52,313 bases of DNA. Source: Acidimicrobiales bacterium. Lineage in GTDB: Bacteria; Actinomycetota; Acidimicrobiia; Acidimicrobiales; SZUA-35. The notes under the pieces are model-generated. The model saw nothing but the letters and a program-made list of their open reading frames with translations, had not been told where the DNA came from and ran no database searches. This document shows positions 38,992 to 50,594 of this stretch, piece by piece. A program made the position numbers and the translations under genes. Location: NCBI GenBank assembly GCA_024644005.1, contig JAHELU010000003.1:1-52313 (forward strand), given 5' to 3'. Numbering within the stretch: the stretch's first letter is position 1; every line of letters starts with the position of its first letter.

Positions 38992-39074
38992 ACCGGTCAG
39001 CGTATTGCCCCGCCCCCTCCGACCGGTAGCGGAGGCGGCGATCGACGACTGCGGACCAATCGGGGCGAAGCTAG

Positions 39075-41318
<2,244 letters not shown>

Positions 41319-41366
41319 GCCGGCCCCGGGCTTGGTCGGCCGTCGACGTGTCCGTTCGTGGCTCGC

Positions 41367-42569
41367 TCACCGGTCGAGAGCGGTGGAAGCCCGATAGACC
41401 TCGGCCAACCTGGCCACCCCGTCCCGGATCGACCGCTCGTCGGCGTGGCCGAAGCAGAGCCGCAGCCGTCGAGCCCCCCAGGCCGGGTCGGCCGACCAGC
41501 CGGCACCGGCATTGAACTCGATCCCGGCCGCTGCCGCACCGGCGGACAGGGCCCCGGTGTCGACGCCGTCGGGAAACGTGAGCCAGATGTAGATGCCGCC
41601 CTTGGGCGGCGTGACCACGACGTCGTCGCCGAAGTGCTCGTCGACGGCCGCGATCATGGTCGTGCACTTGGCCCGCAGCGCCGCGATGAGCCGCTCGACG
41701 TGGTGGTCGAAGTGGGCCGGGGCGTACTCGGCCAGGGTCAACTGCTCGAGGGCACCTGTGCCGGCGTCGGTCTTGAGCGCCAGGAGCTGACGGATGACGG
41801 GCTCGTCCGCCACCAGGTAGCCGACCCGCAGGGCCGGGGCGATCGACTTCGAGAACGAGCCGCAGTAGATGACCTGGCCACCCCCGTCGTCGAGCGATCG
41901 GATGGTCGGCGGCCGCTCGCCGTCCCACACCAGGTCGGCGTAGCAGTCGTCCTCGAAGATCGGCACCCCGAATCGCCTGGTGAGGTCCAGGAGGGCGAGC
42001 CGCCGCTCAACCGGTAGGACCGACCCCGTCGGGTTCTGCACGGTGGGGATGGTGTAGAGGTACTTCGGTGTGGTTCCGGCCTGGGCCAGCTCGTCGAGCA
42101 CCGTGGCCAGGTGGCCGACGTCGATGCCGTGCTCGTCCAGGTCGACGCCGACCCAGTCCACCCCGAGCCGCTCGAGCCGGGACAGCATCCCGCCGTAGGT
42201 GGCCTGCTCGATGATGACCGTGTCGCCGGGCGACAGCAGTGCCTCGTTGACGAGGTCGAGGGCCTGGAGCGACCCGGAGGTGACCAGTACCTCGTCCACC
42301 TCGACCGGCATCGAGGCCCGGACCCCCAGCTTGTCGCAGATGAACTGCCGCAACGGCAGGTAGCCGAGCGGCGAACCGCCGAGGTTGTAGGTGGCGAGGG
42401 CCTGACCCTCTCGCCGGAGCACGTTGACCGCCGCCTCGGCCAGCCCGCCGAACGGCACGCTGTCTGCGTCGTTGTGACCGCCGACGAAGCTGAACGGGGG
42501 TGGCTGCTGCCATGGCTCGGCCGCCGGGGGCAGGTCGGGTCGAAAGGTCGCGACCATGTCGAAACTCAT
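41367..42569 (-). CDS. PLP-dependent aminotransferase, class I/II (ARO8/LysN-like)
   Basis: ORF 41367..42779. The ATG at 42569 follows AAGGAG. It has the [17 protein letters not shown] lysine motif. Confidence 0.8.
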   Translation of the reverse strand: MSFDMVATFRPDLPPAAEPWQQPPPFSFVGGHNDADSVPFGGLAEAAVNVLRREGQALATYNLGGSPLGYLPLRQFICDKLGVRASMPVEVDEVLVTSGSLQALDLVNEALLSPGDTVIIEQATYGGMLSRLERLGVDWVGVDLDEHGIDVGHLATVLDELAQAGTTPKYLYTIPTVQNPTGSVLPVERRLALLDLTRRFGVPIFEDDCYADLVWDGERPPTIRSLDDGGGQVIYCGSFSKSIAPALRVGYLVADEPVIRQLLALKTDAGTGALEQLTLAEYAPAHFDHHVERLIAALRAKCTTMIAAVDEHFGDDVVVTPPKGGIYIWLTFPDGVDTGALSAGAAAAGIEFNAGAGWSADPAWGARRLRLCFGHADERSIRDGVARLAEVYRASTALDR

Positions 42570-42796
42570 ATGTGCTCCTTCTCGCCGGCCGACGACCGCC
42601 CCCGGCCAGCCCGATCCGAACGGTGAGGTGAGTTGTAGCACCGTGGCCGGCCGGCCTCGAATCGGGCGATCGGCGGCGGGTCCCCGTTCTCGTCCCGTCG
42701 CATCGTGTTTGGCCGGCAGATTCCGGGGTACTGCGTCCGCCGAACCGGCTGTGGCAACTGGGACGCACGGTCCCACCACCAGCCCTGGAGGAACAA

Positions 42797-43231
42797 ATGG
42801 ACATCTATGAGCGCATCGTCCTGGACCACGACACCCAGCGGGAGCTCGCAGCTGCCCTCGAGGCGACCTCGGGAGACAGCGAGGAGCGGCGGGAGCTGTG
42901 GGATCGGTTCAAGCCCGAGGCCGAGGCCCACGCCGCCGCCGAGGAGCAGACGTTCTACGCCGAGCTGATCGCCGATCCGGAGACGCAGGAGCAGGCTCGT
43001 CACAGCGTCAGCGAGCACAAGGAGGCCGCCGACCTGCTCGAGGAGCTGGGCGAGCTGGACATGTCGTCGAGCCAGTGGCTGGCGAAGTTCAAGACCCTCA
43101 AGGACGACCTCGAGCACCACATGAGCGAAGAGGAGAACGAGGTCTTCGCCCAGGCCAGGCGGGTGATCTCGCAGCAGCAGGCGACGAAGCTGGTCGACGA
43201 GTTCGAAGCCAGGAAGTCAGCCGAGCTCTAG
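42797..43231 (+). CDS. hemerythrin (HHE cation-binding) domain protein
   Basis: 144-aa ORF with LDHD, EAHAAAEE, HSVSEHKEA and LEHHMSEEENEVF His/Glu motifs. Confidence 0.75.
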   Translation: MDIYERIVLDHDTQRELAAALEATSGDSEERRELWDRFKPEAEAHAAAEEQTFYAELIADPETQEQARHSVSEHKEAADLLEELGELDMSSSQWLAKFKTLKDDLEHHMSEEENEVFAQARRVISQQQATKLVDEFEARKSAEL

Positions 43232-43344
43232 AGGATCAGCCGGTAGCTCCACGAGCCGAGATCTCGGCGCTGTGTATCCGGAGGATCCGCCGAGATCCAA
43301 CCGTGGCGAAGCTAGCGGCCGAGCTTACTCGCTGAGGTCCTCGG
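43231..43344 (+). repeat. mosaic palindromic intergenic repeat, copy A (modules L, inverted M, R)
   Basis: It shares about 113 nt with 50780-50893 and contains the 14-bp perfect palindrome GCCGAGATCTCGGC. It lies between the convergent hemerythrin and acyl-CoA ligase genes. Confidence 0.8.
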
Positions 43345-43360
43345 TGTCGCCGCAGGGCCG

Positions 43361-44938
43361 TCAGTTCACCTGGCGGTCGTGCCCCTCCCAGTACGGTGCC
43401 CGAAGCTCGGTCTTCAAGATCTTGCCGGACGGATTTCGGGGGATCGCATCGGCACGCTCGATCGACTTCGGGCACTTGTAGTGGGCCAGGTTCTCCCTGG
43501 TGTAGGCGATGAGGTCCTCAGGGGACGGATCGGTGCCCGGGGCCGGGGTGATGATCGCCTTGACCGCCTCTCCCCACTTCTCGTCTGGCACGCCGATCAC
43601 GGCGACGTCCGCCACCTCGGGGTGGGCCATCAGCACGTTCTCCACCTCGGCCGGATAGATGTTCTCGCCGCCGGAGACGATCATGTCCTTCACGCGATCG
43701 TGGATGAACAGGAAGCCGTCCTTCAGGTAGCCCGCATCGCCGGTCCGGAACCAGCCCCGCCCGTCCTCGTCACGACCCTCGGGGAATGCCTGGGCGGTGG
43801 CCTCCTCGTCGGCCCAGTAGCCCTTCATGTTCTGCACGGTTCGACACCAGATCTCACCTACCTCACCGTCGGGGCGATCCTCCAGCGTGGCCGGATCGAC
43901 GATGCGGAGCTCGACGTCACCCCACGTTCGACCCGCCGAGCGCAACAGCTCCGCTCTCGGGCCGCCGGGGTCGTGGTCGTCTGCCCGCAGGATCGTGACC
44001 CCGCCGGTGGTCTCCGTCAGCCCGTAGGCCTGGATGAACTTGCAGCCCATGGCCTTCATCGAACCGACGAGCACCTCTTCGGTGATCGGTGATGCCCCGT
44101 AGACCATCGCCCGGAGGGTGGAGAAGTCGGTGGCGTCGATGCCGGGGGTGGCCAGCAGGAACTGGAGGACGGCCGGGACCAGGAGCCCGTTGGTGATGCC
44201 GAACTCGGGGATCACCCGAAGGATCTCGGCCGGGTCGACGTCTCTGAGGAGCACGTTCGAGCCGCCGTTGTACAACCCGACCACACCCCAGCCGCTGCCG
44301 GCGATGTGGAACAGCGGCATGGCGACGAGGTTCACGCTGTCCTCGTCGAAGTACCACTCCTGCGACGCCGCCGGCAGCATCGAGAAGAAGTTGTGGTTCG
44401 TCAGTTCCACGCCCTTCGGCAGCCCGGTCGTGCCCGAGGTGTACAGCTGGTAGCAGGTGTCATCGGGGGCCGACGGCACCAGCGGGTCATCGGCCGGTCC
44501 TGCACCGATCCAGGTCTCGTAGTCGACCAGGTCCCCACCGGACCCGATCACCACGGTGGTCGTCCCCGCCGGCAGGTCCATCTTGGCCAGGTGGCCGACG
44601 AACTCCTCGCCGACCAGCAGCACCTTCGCCTCGGCGTTGCCGAGGATGTACGCCATCTCCGGCGGCGCCAGCCGCCAGTTGACCGCAACCGTGACCGCAT
44701 TGACCTTGCCGGCGCCGAACAGGAACGGGAAGTACTCCGGTGAGTTCTTGTCGAGGAACGCCACCCGATCCTGGGACTCCACCCCGGCCGCCAGCAGGGC
44801 CTGGGCCACCCGACTGGCCTCGTCGTCGAGCTGGCGATATGTCCACGACCGGTCCTCGTAGTACAGAGCCGTCTTGTCCCCCCGCTCCTCGGCGTGGATC
44901 CTGGTGATGTCACCGATCGTCGTGATTCGCTCGCTCAT
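43361..44938 (-). CDS. long-chain-fatty-acid--CoA ligase / AMP-binding enzyme
   Basis: 525-aa ORF with LYTSGTTGLPKGV, YGLTET, GDAGYLKDGFLFIHDRVKD and GKILK motifs. Confidence 0.9.
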   Translation of the reverse strand: MSERITTIGDITRIHAEERGDKTALYYEDRSWTYRQLDDEASRVAQALLAAGVESQDRVAFLDKNSPEYFPFLFGAGKVNAVTVAVNWRLAPPEMAYILGNAEAKVLLVGEEFVGHLAKMDLPAGTTTVVIGSGGDLVDYETWIGAGPADDPLVPSAPDDTCYQLYTSGTTGLPKGVELTNHNFFSMLPAASQEWYFDEDSVNLVAMPLFHIAGSGWGVVGLYNGGSNVLLRDVDPAEILRVIPEFGITNGLLVPAVLQFLLATPGIDATDFSTLRAMVYGASPITEEVLVGSMKAMGCKFIQAYGLTETTGGVTILRADDHDPGGPRAELLRSAGRTWGDVELRIVDPATLEDRPDGEVGEIWCRTVQNMKGYWADEEATAQAFPEGRDEDGRGWFRTGDAGYLKDGFLFIHDRVKDMIVSGGENIYPAEVENVLMAHPEVADVAVIGVPDEKWGEAVKAIITPAPGTDPSPEDLIAYTRENLAHYKCPKSIERADAIPRNPSGKILKTELRAPYWEGHDRQVN

Positions 44939-45060
44939 GTGCCGACCTCCCTGTGTCGTCGCTTCATGCCCTGCCGTGCCTCGCCAGCGCCCGGTTGGAG
45001 CTCCCCAGTGTCCCTGTCAAGCGGGCGAGATTGCGAATTGGCGGCTCGGCCGGACAGCTC

Positions 45061-45453
45061 CTAGAACTCGGTCCACTCGTCCTCCGGGCCGCCCTGGTAC
45101 TCCGGCAGCGGCTCGGACGGGTCGCGCTCCGGCGGGGCGCCGTGGGTCCGGGCGGGCTTGGCGGCTGGTCCGGATCGGGGGCGGGCGGCGGAGCCGGTCG
45201 ACGAGCCGTCGGCCCCACCGCCGGTCTCGCCGTCGTCGCTGTCCGGGCCGTAGCCGTAGCACATCTGCACGCCATCGACGTCGAACGGTCGTCCGAGCGA
45301 GGCGACGACGAAGCTCGACCAGTCCCCCGACTTGCGCTGCACGTCGATCTTGCCGCCCTCCGCCAGTGCTTTCTCCAGGTCCTCGACCGGAGCCATGACC
45401 GCCCACTTGTCGGTCTTCGTCTTGCGGAAGCGAGGCGGGATCTTCTCTGCCAT
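45061..45453 (-). CDS. hypothetical protein: small folded N-domain, Gly/Pro/Ser-rich linker, acidic C-terminal tip ending EDEWTEF
   Basis: ORF 45061..45513. I chose the ATG at 45453 (MAEKIPPRFRKTKTDKW) because a -10-like CATACT lies 6 nt upstream. I recognise no family. Confidence 0.5.
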   Translation of the reverse strand: MAEKIPPRFRKTKTDKWAVMAPVEDLEKALAEGGKIDVQRKSGDWSSFVVASLGRPFDVDGVQMCYGYGPDSDDGETGGGADGSSTGSAARPRSGPAAKPARTHGAPPERDPSEPLPEYQGGPEDEWTEF

Positions 45454-45563
45454 CAGCCCAGTATGTCGCTTCGGCTCCGGCTCTGCGCCCGCCGCTCGCC
45501 CCGGAGCGAACATCGGCGGAACTTGGGCCGAGAATGGCGGGTGGGCGCCTCGGAGGACCTAGG

Positions 45564-47195
45564 GTGTGCCCGGTGAGCGAGCACTCGATTGCCCACCTGG
45601 CGGTGGACGGTCTGCGTCGATCCGGGATCGACACGCTGTTCTGCCTTCCCGGTGTCCAGAACGACGACTTCTTCGATGTGCTGGTCGACGCGAGGGACAT
45701 CCGTCCGATCGTGACCCGTCACGAGCAGGGGGCGGCGTACATGGCGATGGGAGCCGCCCAGGTCACCGGTCGACCGGCGGCCTTCTGCGTGGTCCCCGGA
45801 CCCGGAGCGCTCAATGCGACGGCCGGGCTGACCAGCGCCTACTGGGGGTACGCCCGGGTGCTGGCCATCATCGGCCAGATCCCCACCTCCTACCAGGGCC
45901 GCGACATCGGCACCCTGCACGACCTCCACGACCAGACGGCGATCCTGCGGCAGGTCACCAAGGACGCGATCGCGATCAGCGACCCGGCAGACGGGCCGGC
46001 CCTCGTGCAGCGGGCCATCGACCGGGTCAGCGGCGGGGTGCCACGACCGGTCAGCCTGGAGGTACCGGTCGACGTGTGGGCCGCCCCCGCCGACGGCGTC
46101 CTCGGGCCACCACAGCCGGACGATCCCGCACCGGACGGGGAGGACATTCGGCGAGCGGCCGAGCTGCTGCTGGCCGCCGACCGGCCGCTGATCGTCGTCG
46201 GGTCCGGCGCCTACGACGCCGCGGCATCGGTGGTCGAGCTGGCGGAGCTGCTCCAGGCGACCGTGACCACGAGACGCCAGGGACACGGCGTGGTCCCAAC
46301 CGCCCACCGCCAGTTCCTGCCGCTGACCGCCGCCTACCACCTCTGGCCCCACGTCGACGTGGTGCTCGGTATCGGCACCAGGATGGAGTGGCCGCTGAAC
46401 CTGTGGGGGGTCGACGACGGTCTCGACATCGTCCAGATCAACATCGACGCCGACGAGGTCGACCGCCACGGCATCACCACGGTCGGCATCCACGCCGACG
46501 CCGAGGCGGCCTGTCGGGCCCTGATAGACGAGATCGGCCCGCAGAACCGCCCATCGATCGCATCCGACGTCGCCGACCGCCGGGCCGATTTCGACGCCTA
46601 CACCGCCCACCTCGTGCCCCAGCGGTCGTACGCGGCGGCGATCAGGGAGGCGCTGCCACCGGAAGGCGTGCTGGTCGAGGACGTGACCCAGATCGGCTTC
46701 GCCTGTCACCTCTTCTACGATCACCTGGCTCCTCGGACCTTCCTGACCTCGGGGGCCGCCGGGACGCTCGGAGCCGGGACTGCGGTGGCCATCGGCGCTG
46801 CTGCCGCCACCGAAGCGCCGGTGGTCGGGATCGTGGGCGACGGCGGCTTCCTGTTCACCGCAACCGAGCTGGCCACCGCCGTCCAGCACGACATCCCGTG
46901 CAACATCCTGCTGTTCAACGACGGTGCGTACGGCAACGTCAGGCGGATCCAGCAGAACCGGTTCGGCACCGACCGCACCATCGCCTCGAAGCTCGAGAAC
47001 CCCGACTTCCAGAAGCTGGCCGACTCGTTCGGGGTTCGCTCGTGGCTGGTCGACTCGCCGTCGTCGCTGACCCCGGCCCTGGCCGAGTCGATCGCCCACG
47101 ACGGGCCGAGCCTCGTGGAGGTCACCGTCGACGAGATGCCGGATCCGTGGCCGTTCTTCCGGCTCCCGGCGAATCGAGGCCGCCCAGCCAGCTGA
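45564..47195 (+). CDS. thiamine pyrophosphate-dependent enzyme (acetolactate synthase large subunit-like)
   Basis: ORF 45534..47195. The GTG at 45564 is 6 nt after GGAGGA. Motifs include GIDTLFCLPGVQN, RHEQGAAYMA and the TPP motif GDGGFLFTATELATAV...NDGAYGN. Confidence 0.85.
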   Translation: MCPVSEHSIAHLAVDGLRRSGIDTLFCLPGVQNDDFFDVLVDARDIRPIVTRHEQGAAYMAMGAAQVTGRPAAFCVVPGPGALNATAGLTSAYWGYARVLAIIGQIPTSYQGRDIGTLHDLHDQTAILRQVTKDAIAISDPADGPALVQRAIDRVSGGVPRPVSLEVPVDVWAAPADGVLGPPQPDDPAPDGEDIRRAAELLLAADRPLIVVGSGAYDAAASVVELAELLQATVTTRRQGHGVVPTAHRQFLPLTAAYHLWPHVDVVLGIGTRMEWPLNLWGVDDGLDIVQINIDADEVDRHGITTVGIHADAEAACRALIDEIGPQNRPSIASDVADRRADFDAYTAHLVPQRSYAAAIREALPPEGVLVEDVTQIGFACHLFYDHLAPRTFLTSGAAGTLGAGTAVAIGAAAATEAPVVGIVGDGGFLFTATELATAVQHDIPCNILLFNDGAYGNVRRIQQNRFGTDRTIASKLENPDFQKLADSFGVRSWLVDSPSSLTPALAESIAHDGPSLVEVTVDEMPDPWPFFRLPANRGRPAS

Positions 47196-47198
47196 GCT

Positions 47199-47216
47199 GG
47201 CGCCGGCGCCGGCGCC
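47199..47216. terminator. GC-only palindrome (GGCGCC x3) between convergent genes, a possible bidirectional terminator hairpin
   Basis: The 18-nt sequence GGCGCCGGCGCCGGCGCC is self-complementary. It sits in the 38-nt gap between the TPP-enzyme stop and the CoA-transferase stop. There is no U tract. Confidence 0.3.
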
Positions 47217-47233
47217 CGTGGACCCGGCGCGGC

Positions 47234-48385
47234 TCAGGCCAGACCGAGCTCGGCCCGGATGGCGGGACCGTGCTCGTCGATCGCCGGGATCGGTCCGAGC
47301 GACTCCCAGTCGGTCCTCGTCGAGGGAGCCGGCACCTCGACTGTGCCCTTCTCGTGCACCACCTCGACCCGCCGCAGTTGGGGGTGGGCGGAGAGGGCGG
47401 CCACGTCGTTCACCATGGCGAAGGCGATCCTGGCCTCGGTCAGCCTGGCCCGCAGCTCCTCGGTCCGGTACCGGCCGAACGCCTCGCCGACGATGCCGTC
47501 GGTACGGTCCCTGTTGGCCACTCGATCGTTGTTGGTGGCGAACCGGGCATCGGCTCCCAGCTCCGATTGTTCCAGCACCTCGTTGCACAGCACCCGCCAT
47601 TCCCGATCGGACTGGATCGAGATCAGCACGACGTCGCCGTCGGCGGAGGCGAAGCCGCCGTAGGGGGCGATCGACGGGTGGGCCAGGCCGACCCGCTCCG
47701 GGGCCCGGCCGAGGTAGTCGTGGTGCAGCAGCGGCACCGTCATCCAGTCGGCCATCGTCTCGAACAGCGAGGTGGTGAGATGAGCCCCCTCGCCGGTCCG
47801 CTCCCGGCGGAACAGGGCCTGCATGATGGCCACCGCAGCGGAGGTCCCGGTCCCGATGTCGGCAACGCTGATACCGATCCGGCCATGATCACCGGGTGGC
47901 CCCGACACCGACAGCAGCCCGGACTCGGCCTGGACGAGCAGATCGTAGGCCTTCATCTCTGCGTACGGTCCGTCCTGCCCGTAGCCGGAGATGTCGCAGA
48001 CGATCAGGTCGGGGCGATCGCGCCGCAGCCGGGTCGCTCCGTAGCCGAGGCGCTCGATCGCCCCGACCGCCAGGTTCTGGATGAACACGTCGGCTCGAGC
48101 CAGGAGCGCATCGAGCACCGATCGGCCGTCATCGGTGCGGAGGTCGAGGGCGATCGACTCCTTGCCCCGGTTGGCCCACGCGAAGTAGCTCGAGACGCCG
48201 TTGGCCGCCACGTCGTAGCCCCTCGCGAAGTCACCCTCGGGTCGCTCGACCTTGATGACCCTCGCCCCGGCGTCGGCCAGCCGGGCGGAGGCGATGGGGG
48301 CGGCGACGGCCTGCTCGACCGTGACGACCGTGATCCCGTCGAGCGGCGCGTTCCCGGCCGGTTCCCGGGTCGGGGGGTCGAGCAC
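47234..48385 (-). CDS. CaiB/BaiF family (class III) CoA-transferase
   Basis: 383-aa ORF containing PLDGITVVTVEQAVAAPIASARLADAGARVIKVERPEGD. Confidence 0.9.
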   Translation of the reverse strand: MLDPPTREPAGNAPLDGITVVTVEQAVAAPIASARLADAGARVIKVERPEGDFARGYDVAANGVSSYFAWANRGKESIALDLRTDDGRSVLDALLARADVFIQNLAVGAIERLGYGATRLRRDRPDLIVCDISGYGQDGPYAEMKAYDLLVQAESGLLSVSGPPGDHGRIGISVADIGTGTSAAVAIMQALFRRERTGEGAHLTTSLFETMADWMTVPLLHHDYLGRAPERVGLAHPSIAPYGGFASADGDVVLISIQSDREWRVLCNEVLEQSELGADARFATNNDRVANRDRTDGIVGEAFGRYRTEELRARLTEARIAFAMVNDVAALSAHPQLRRVEVVHEKGTVEVPAPSTRTDWESLGPIPAIDEHGPAIRAELGLA

Positions 48386-48454
48386 CGGGTCAGCGTACCG
48401 CAGCCATCTCCCTGGCCGCCCGTTCGACCGGGGCCGGCGGCCGCACGCCCTGGC

Positions 48455-49417
48455 TCAGCGGCCCCGGTCCGCCGAGCTGGCGTGGTGAGCCCACCCCCGG
48501 GCGATACGAGCCAGTACCGGTCGGAGCACGACGTGCATCGCCGGTGCGAACAGACGACCCCGCAGGCCCTCGACCGGCTGGAAGGCGAAGGCCATCGTGA
48601 CCGTCGACCGGCCGTCCCCGGCCGGCTCGACCCGCCAGCTGCCCTGCATCGCCTGCAGTGGGTACGGGTAGTCCGCGGGGCTCACGTCGACGTCGACGTC
48701 GAAGCGGCGGCCCTCCTCCCACAGGGTGCAGGTCTCGGACCAGGTGCGGCCCGCAGCATCGGTGCAACGGCGCACGAAGCCGGGACCGCTCGGGGTGAGG
48801 GCCTCGGCCGAACGGAGGTTGAGGGCCAGCCTGGCGTAGAGCCCGTGATCGGTGATGACCGGCCACAACTGCCGGGCCGAGAGCGGAACCGACCGCCGCA
48901 GGACCACGACCTCGACCGGCGGGGTCTCGTCGGCACCGGCACCGACCAGGGCGGTGGTGGCGGTCAACCGGTGGCGGGCCAGCAGCTGGGCGAGGCCGAG
49001 CGCGAGCACCACCGCGGCGACGGCGACCAGGATGACGGCGCCGGTTCCCGACACGAGGCCCAGCGCCAGGACTCCGGCGGTCCCGGCCACCCACAGCAGG
49101 TCGGCGACCGATATCGGCCCGGCGAGCCGACGGACGAGATCGGTCCGCTCGCCGGCCAGCAGGAACAGCCCGATGGCGAAGCCGAGCAGCCCGACGCCGA
49201 TCGAGCGGACCAGCCAGACCTCGTCGGTGCCGAGCAGCCTGGCCACGGGGCCGCCGGCCAGCGCGGCCGCCAGGCCGGTGATGGCGGAGAACTCGCCGTT
49301 GAGCCGGAGCAGGTTGCGCAGCCGGGTCGCCGCCAGACGGGCCTCGAACAGGTCGTCCGGTGCGTCGAGGTGGGTGGCGGGCGCTGCGTGCGCCGCCGGT
49401 CGGGATGGGATGGTCAT
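48455..49417 (-). CDS. membrane protein with C-terminal SRPBCC domain
   Basis: ORF 48455..49519. The ATG at 49417 follows GGAGCGGAG. It has about four TM helices, then an SRPBCC-like region (LWPVITDHGLYARLA, WEEGRRFDVDV, WRVEP). Confidence 0.6.
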   Translation of the reverse strand: MTIPSRPAAHAAPATHLDAPDDLFEARLAATRLRNLLRLNGEFSAITGLAAALAGGPVARLLGTDEVWLVRSIGVGLLGFAIGLFLLAGERTDLVRRLAGPISVADLLWVAGTAGVLALGLVSGTGAVILVAVAAVVLALGLAQLLARHRLTATTALVGAGADETPPVEVVVLRRSVPLSARQLWPVITDHGLYARLALNLRSAEALTPSGPGFVRRCTDAAGRTWSETCTLWEEGRRFDVDVDVSPADYPYPLQAMQGSWRVEPAGDGRSTVTMAFAFQPVEGLRGRLFAPAMHVVLRPVLARIARGWAHHASSADRGR

Positions 49418-49554
49418 GGCTCCGCTCCTTCGGTGGTCATCGGTATCGACGATTGTCCGGCCTCGGGGGGAGCGTGACCATGACCTGTGGGGTAACGGCA
49501 GCGCCGCCGCTGCGGTCACGAGCGCGCCTACCTCGGAGGTAATGGCCGGCGGCG

Positions 49555-50406
49555 ATGACCCGTGCCATGCTCTGGCCCATGCCCCTCGCGGTCGACACGT
49601 TCGGGTCCACCCTGCGGTGGTGGCGCACGACCCGTCGCTACAGCCAGCTCCAGCTGGCCAACGAGGCCGAGGTGTCGAGCCGTCACATCAGCTTCCTCGA
49701 GACCGGCAAAGCGCAGCCGAGCCGGGAGATGGTGGTCCACCTGGCCATCGTCCTCGATCTGTCGCTGCGGGATCGCAATGCCCTGCTCCACTCGGCCGGG
49801 TATGCCCCCGCCTATCCCCATGGAGATCTCGATGCGCCCGAGATGGACGATGTGCGCCACGTGATCGGCCGGATCCTCGAGGCCCACTCCCCCAACCCGG
49901 CGGTCGTCGTCGACCGGCGGGGCGAGCTGGTGGACAGCAATCTGGCGGCGGCCAGGCTGATCGCCGAGACCGTGGCGTCCGACAGTGCAGCGCTGGCCCC
50001 GACCCTCAACATCCACCGGTTGACCCTCCACCCGGACGGCGTGCGGGCCAGGACCGGCAACTGGAGCGATGTGGCGGCCAACGTGCTCCAGCGGCTGGAG
50101 CGGGAGCAGGCCCACCGGCCGGCCGACGAGCAGCTGGTCGACCTGCTCGACGAGGTGCTCGCCTATCCCGGGGTCGCCGGGCTGCGACGCAACGCCGCCC
50201 TGCCCACCGGTGCCGACCTGCTGGTCCCGCTCCAGTTGCAGACCTTCGGCGGGACCGAGCTCCGTCTCGTCACCACCATCGCCACCATCGGCGCACCCTA
50301 TGACGTCACCCTCGACGAGCTCAGGCTCGAGACGTTCTTCCCCGCCGACGAGGCAACGGCCGAAGTCCTGCGATCCTGGAGCGCGCCTGCCCAGGGGCCG
50401 CCGTAG
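49555..50406 (+). CDS. MmyB-like XRE-family transcriptional regulator
   Basis: LRWWRTTRRYSQLQLANEAEVSSRHISFLETGKAQPSREMV is an HTH, followed by an MmyB-type C-terminal domain. Confidence 0.8.
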   Translation: MTRAMLWPMPLAVDTFGSTLRWWRTTRRYSQLQLANEAEVSSRHISFLETGKAQPSREMVVHLAIVLDLSLRDRNALLHSAGYAPAYPHGDLDAPEMDDVRHVIGRILEAHSPNPAVVVDRRGELVDSNLAAARLIAETVASDSAALAPTLNIHRLTLHPDGVRARTGNWSDVAANVLQRLEREQAHRPADEQLVDLLDEVLAYPGVAGLRRNAALPTGADLLVPLQLQTFGGTELRLVTTIATIGAPYDVTLDELRLETFFPADEATAEVLRSWSAPAQGPP

Positions 50407-50560
50407 GGCGACGCCGCTCGGCTCGAGAATCGGGTCTGCAGCCTGGAGCGGGTTGCCGAGGCAGGCCGCTCCTCCCCCGGTCGACGCCACCTCTTGCGGC
50501 CGACGACGCGCCGACCACCGGCCAGTGCTCGCTCGATGTTGGCCACGTCCCGGCTCCGAG

Positions 50561-50589
50561 TTGACTATCGAACATATGTTCGATACTGT
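50561..50589 (+). promoter_or_regulatory. promoter-like TTGACT-17-TACTGT with a perfect LexA (SOS) box in the spacer
   Basis: TATCGAACATATGTTCGATA (50566-50585) is a perfect 20-bp palindrome. Its core TCGAAC-N4-GTTCGA is an exact match to the actinobacterial SOS box. Confidence 0.7.
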
Positions 50590-50594
50590 GATCT

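Noticed and set aside
45453-49477. Giant ORFs 45566..49477 (+, 1303 aa) and 45453..47600 (-, 715 aa). The same applies to 31137..33545, 12605..14638, 6333..8018 and similar.
   Set aside because: They overlap or lie antisense to the TPP enzyme, CoA-transferase, acyl-CoA synthetase and other recognisable genes. Their translations are Arg/Pro/Gly-rich without motifs.
50298-50546. 82-aa minus-strand ORF (GTG 50546, GGAG 7 nt upstream) as the target of the mirror SOS promoter.
   Set aside because: The product is an Arg-rich low-complexity sequence. About 110 nt of it overlaps the 3' end of the MmyB-like regulator in antisense, and I recognise no family. It is kept only as a remote possibility under the SOS-box finding.
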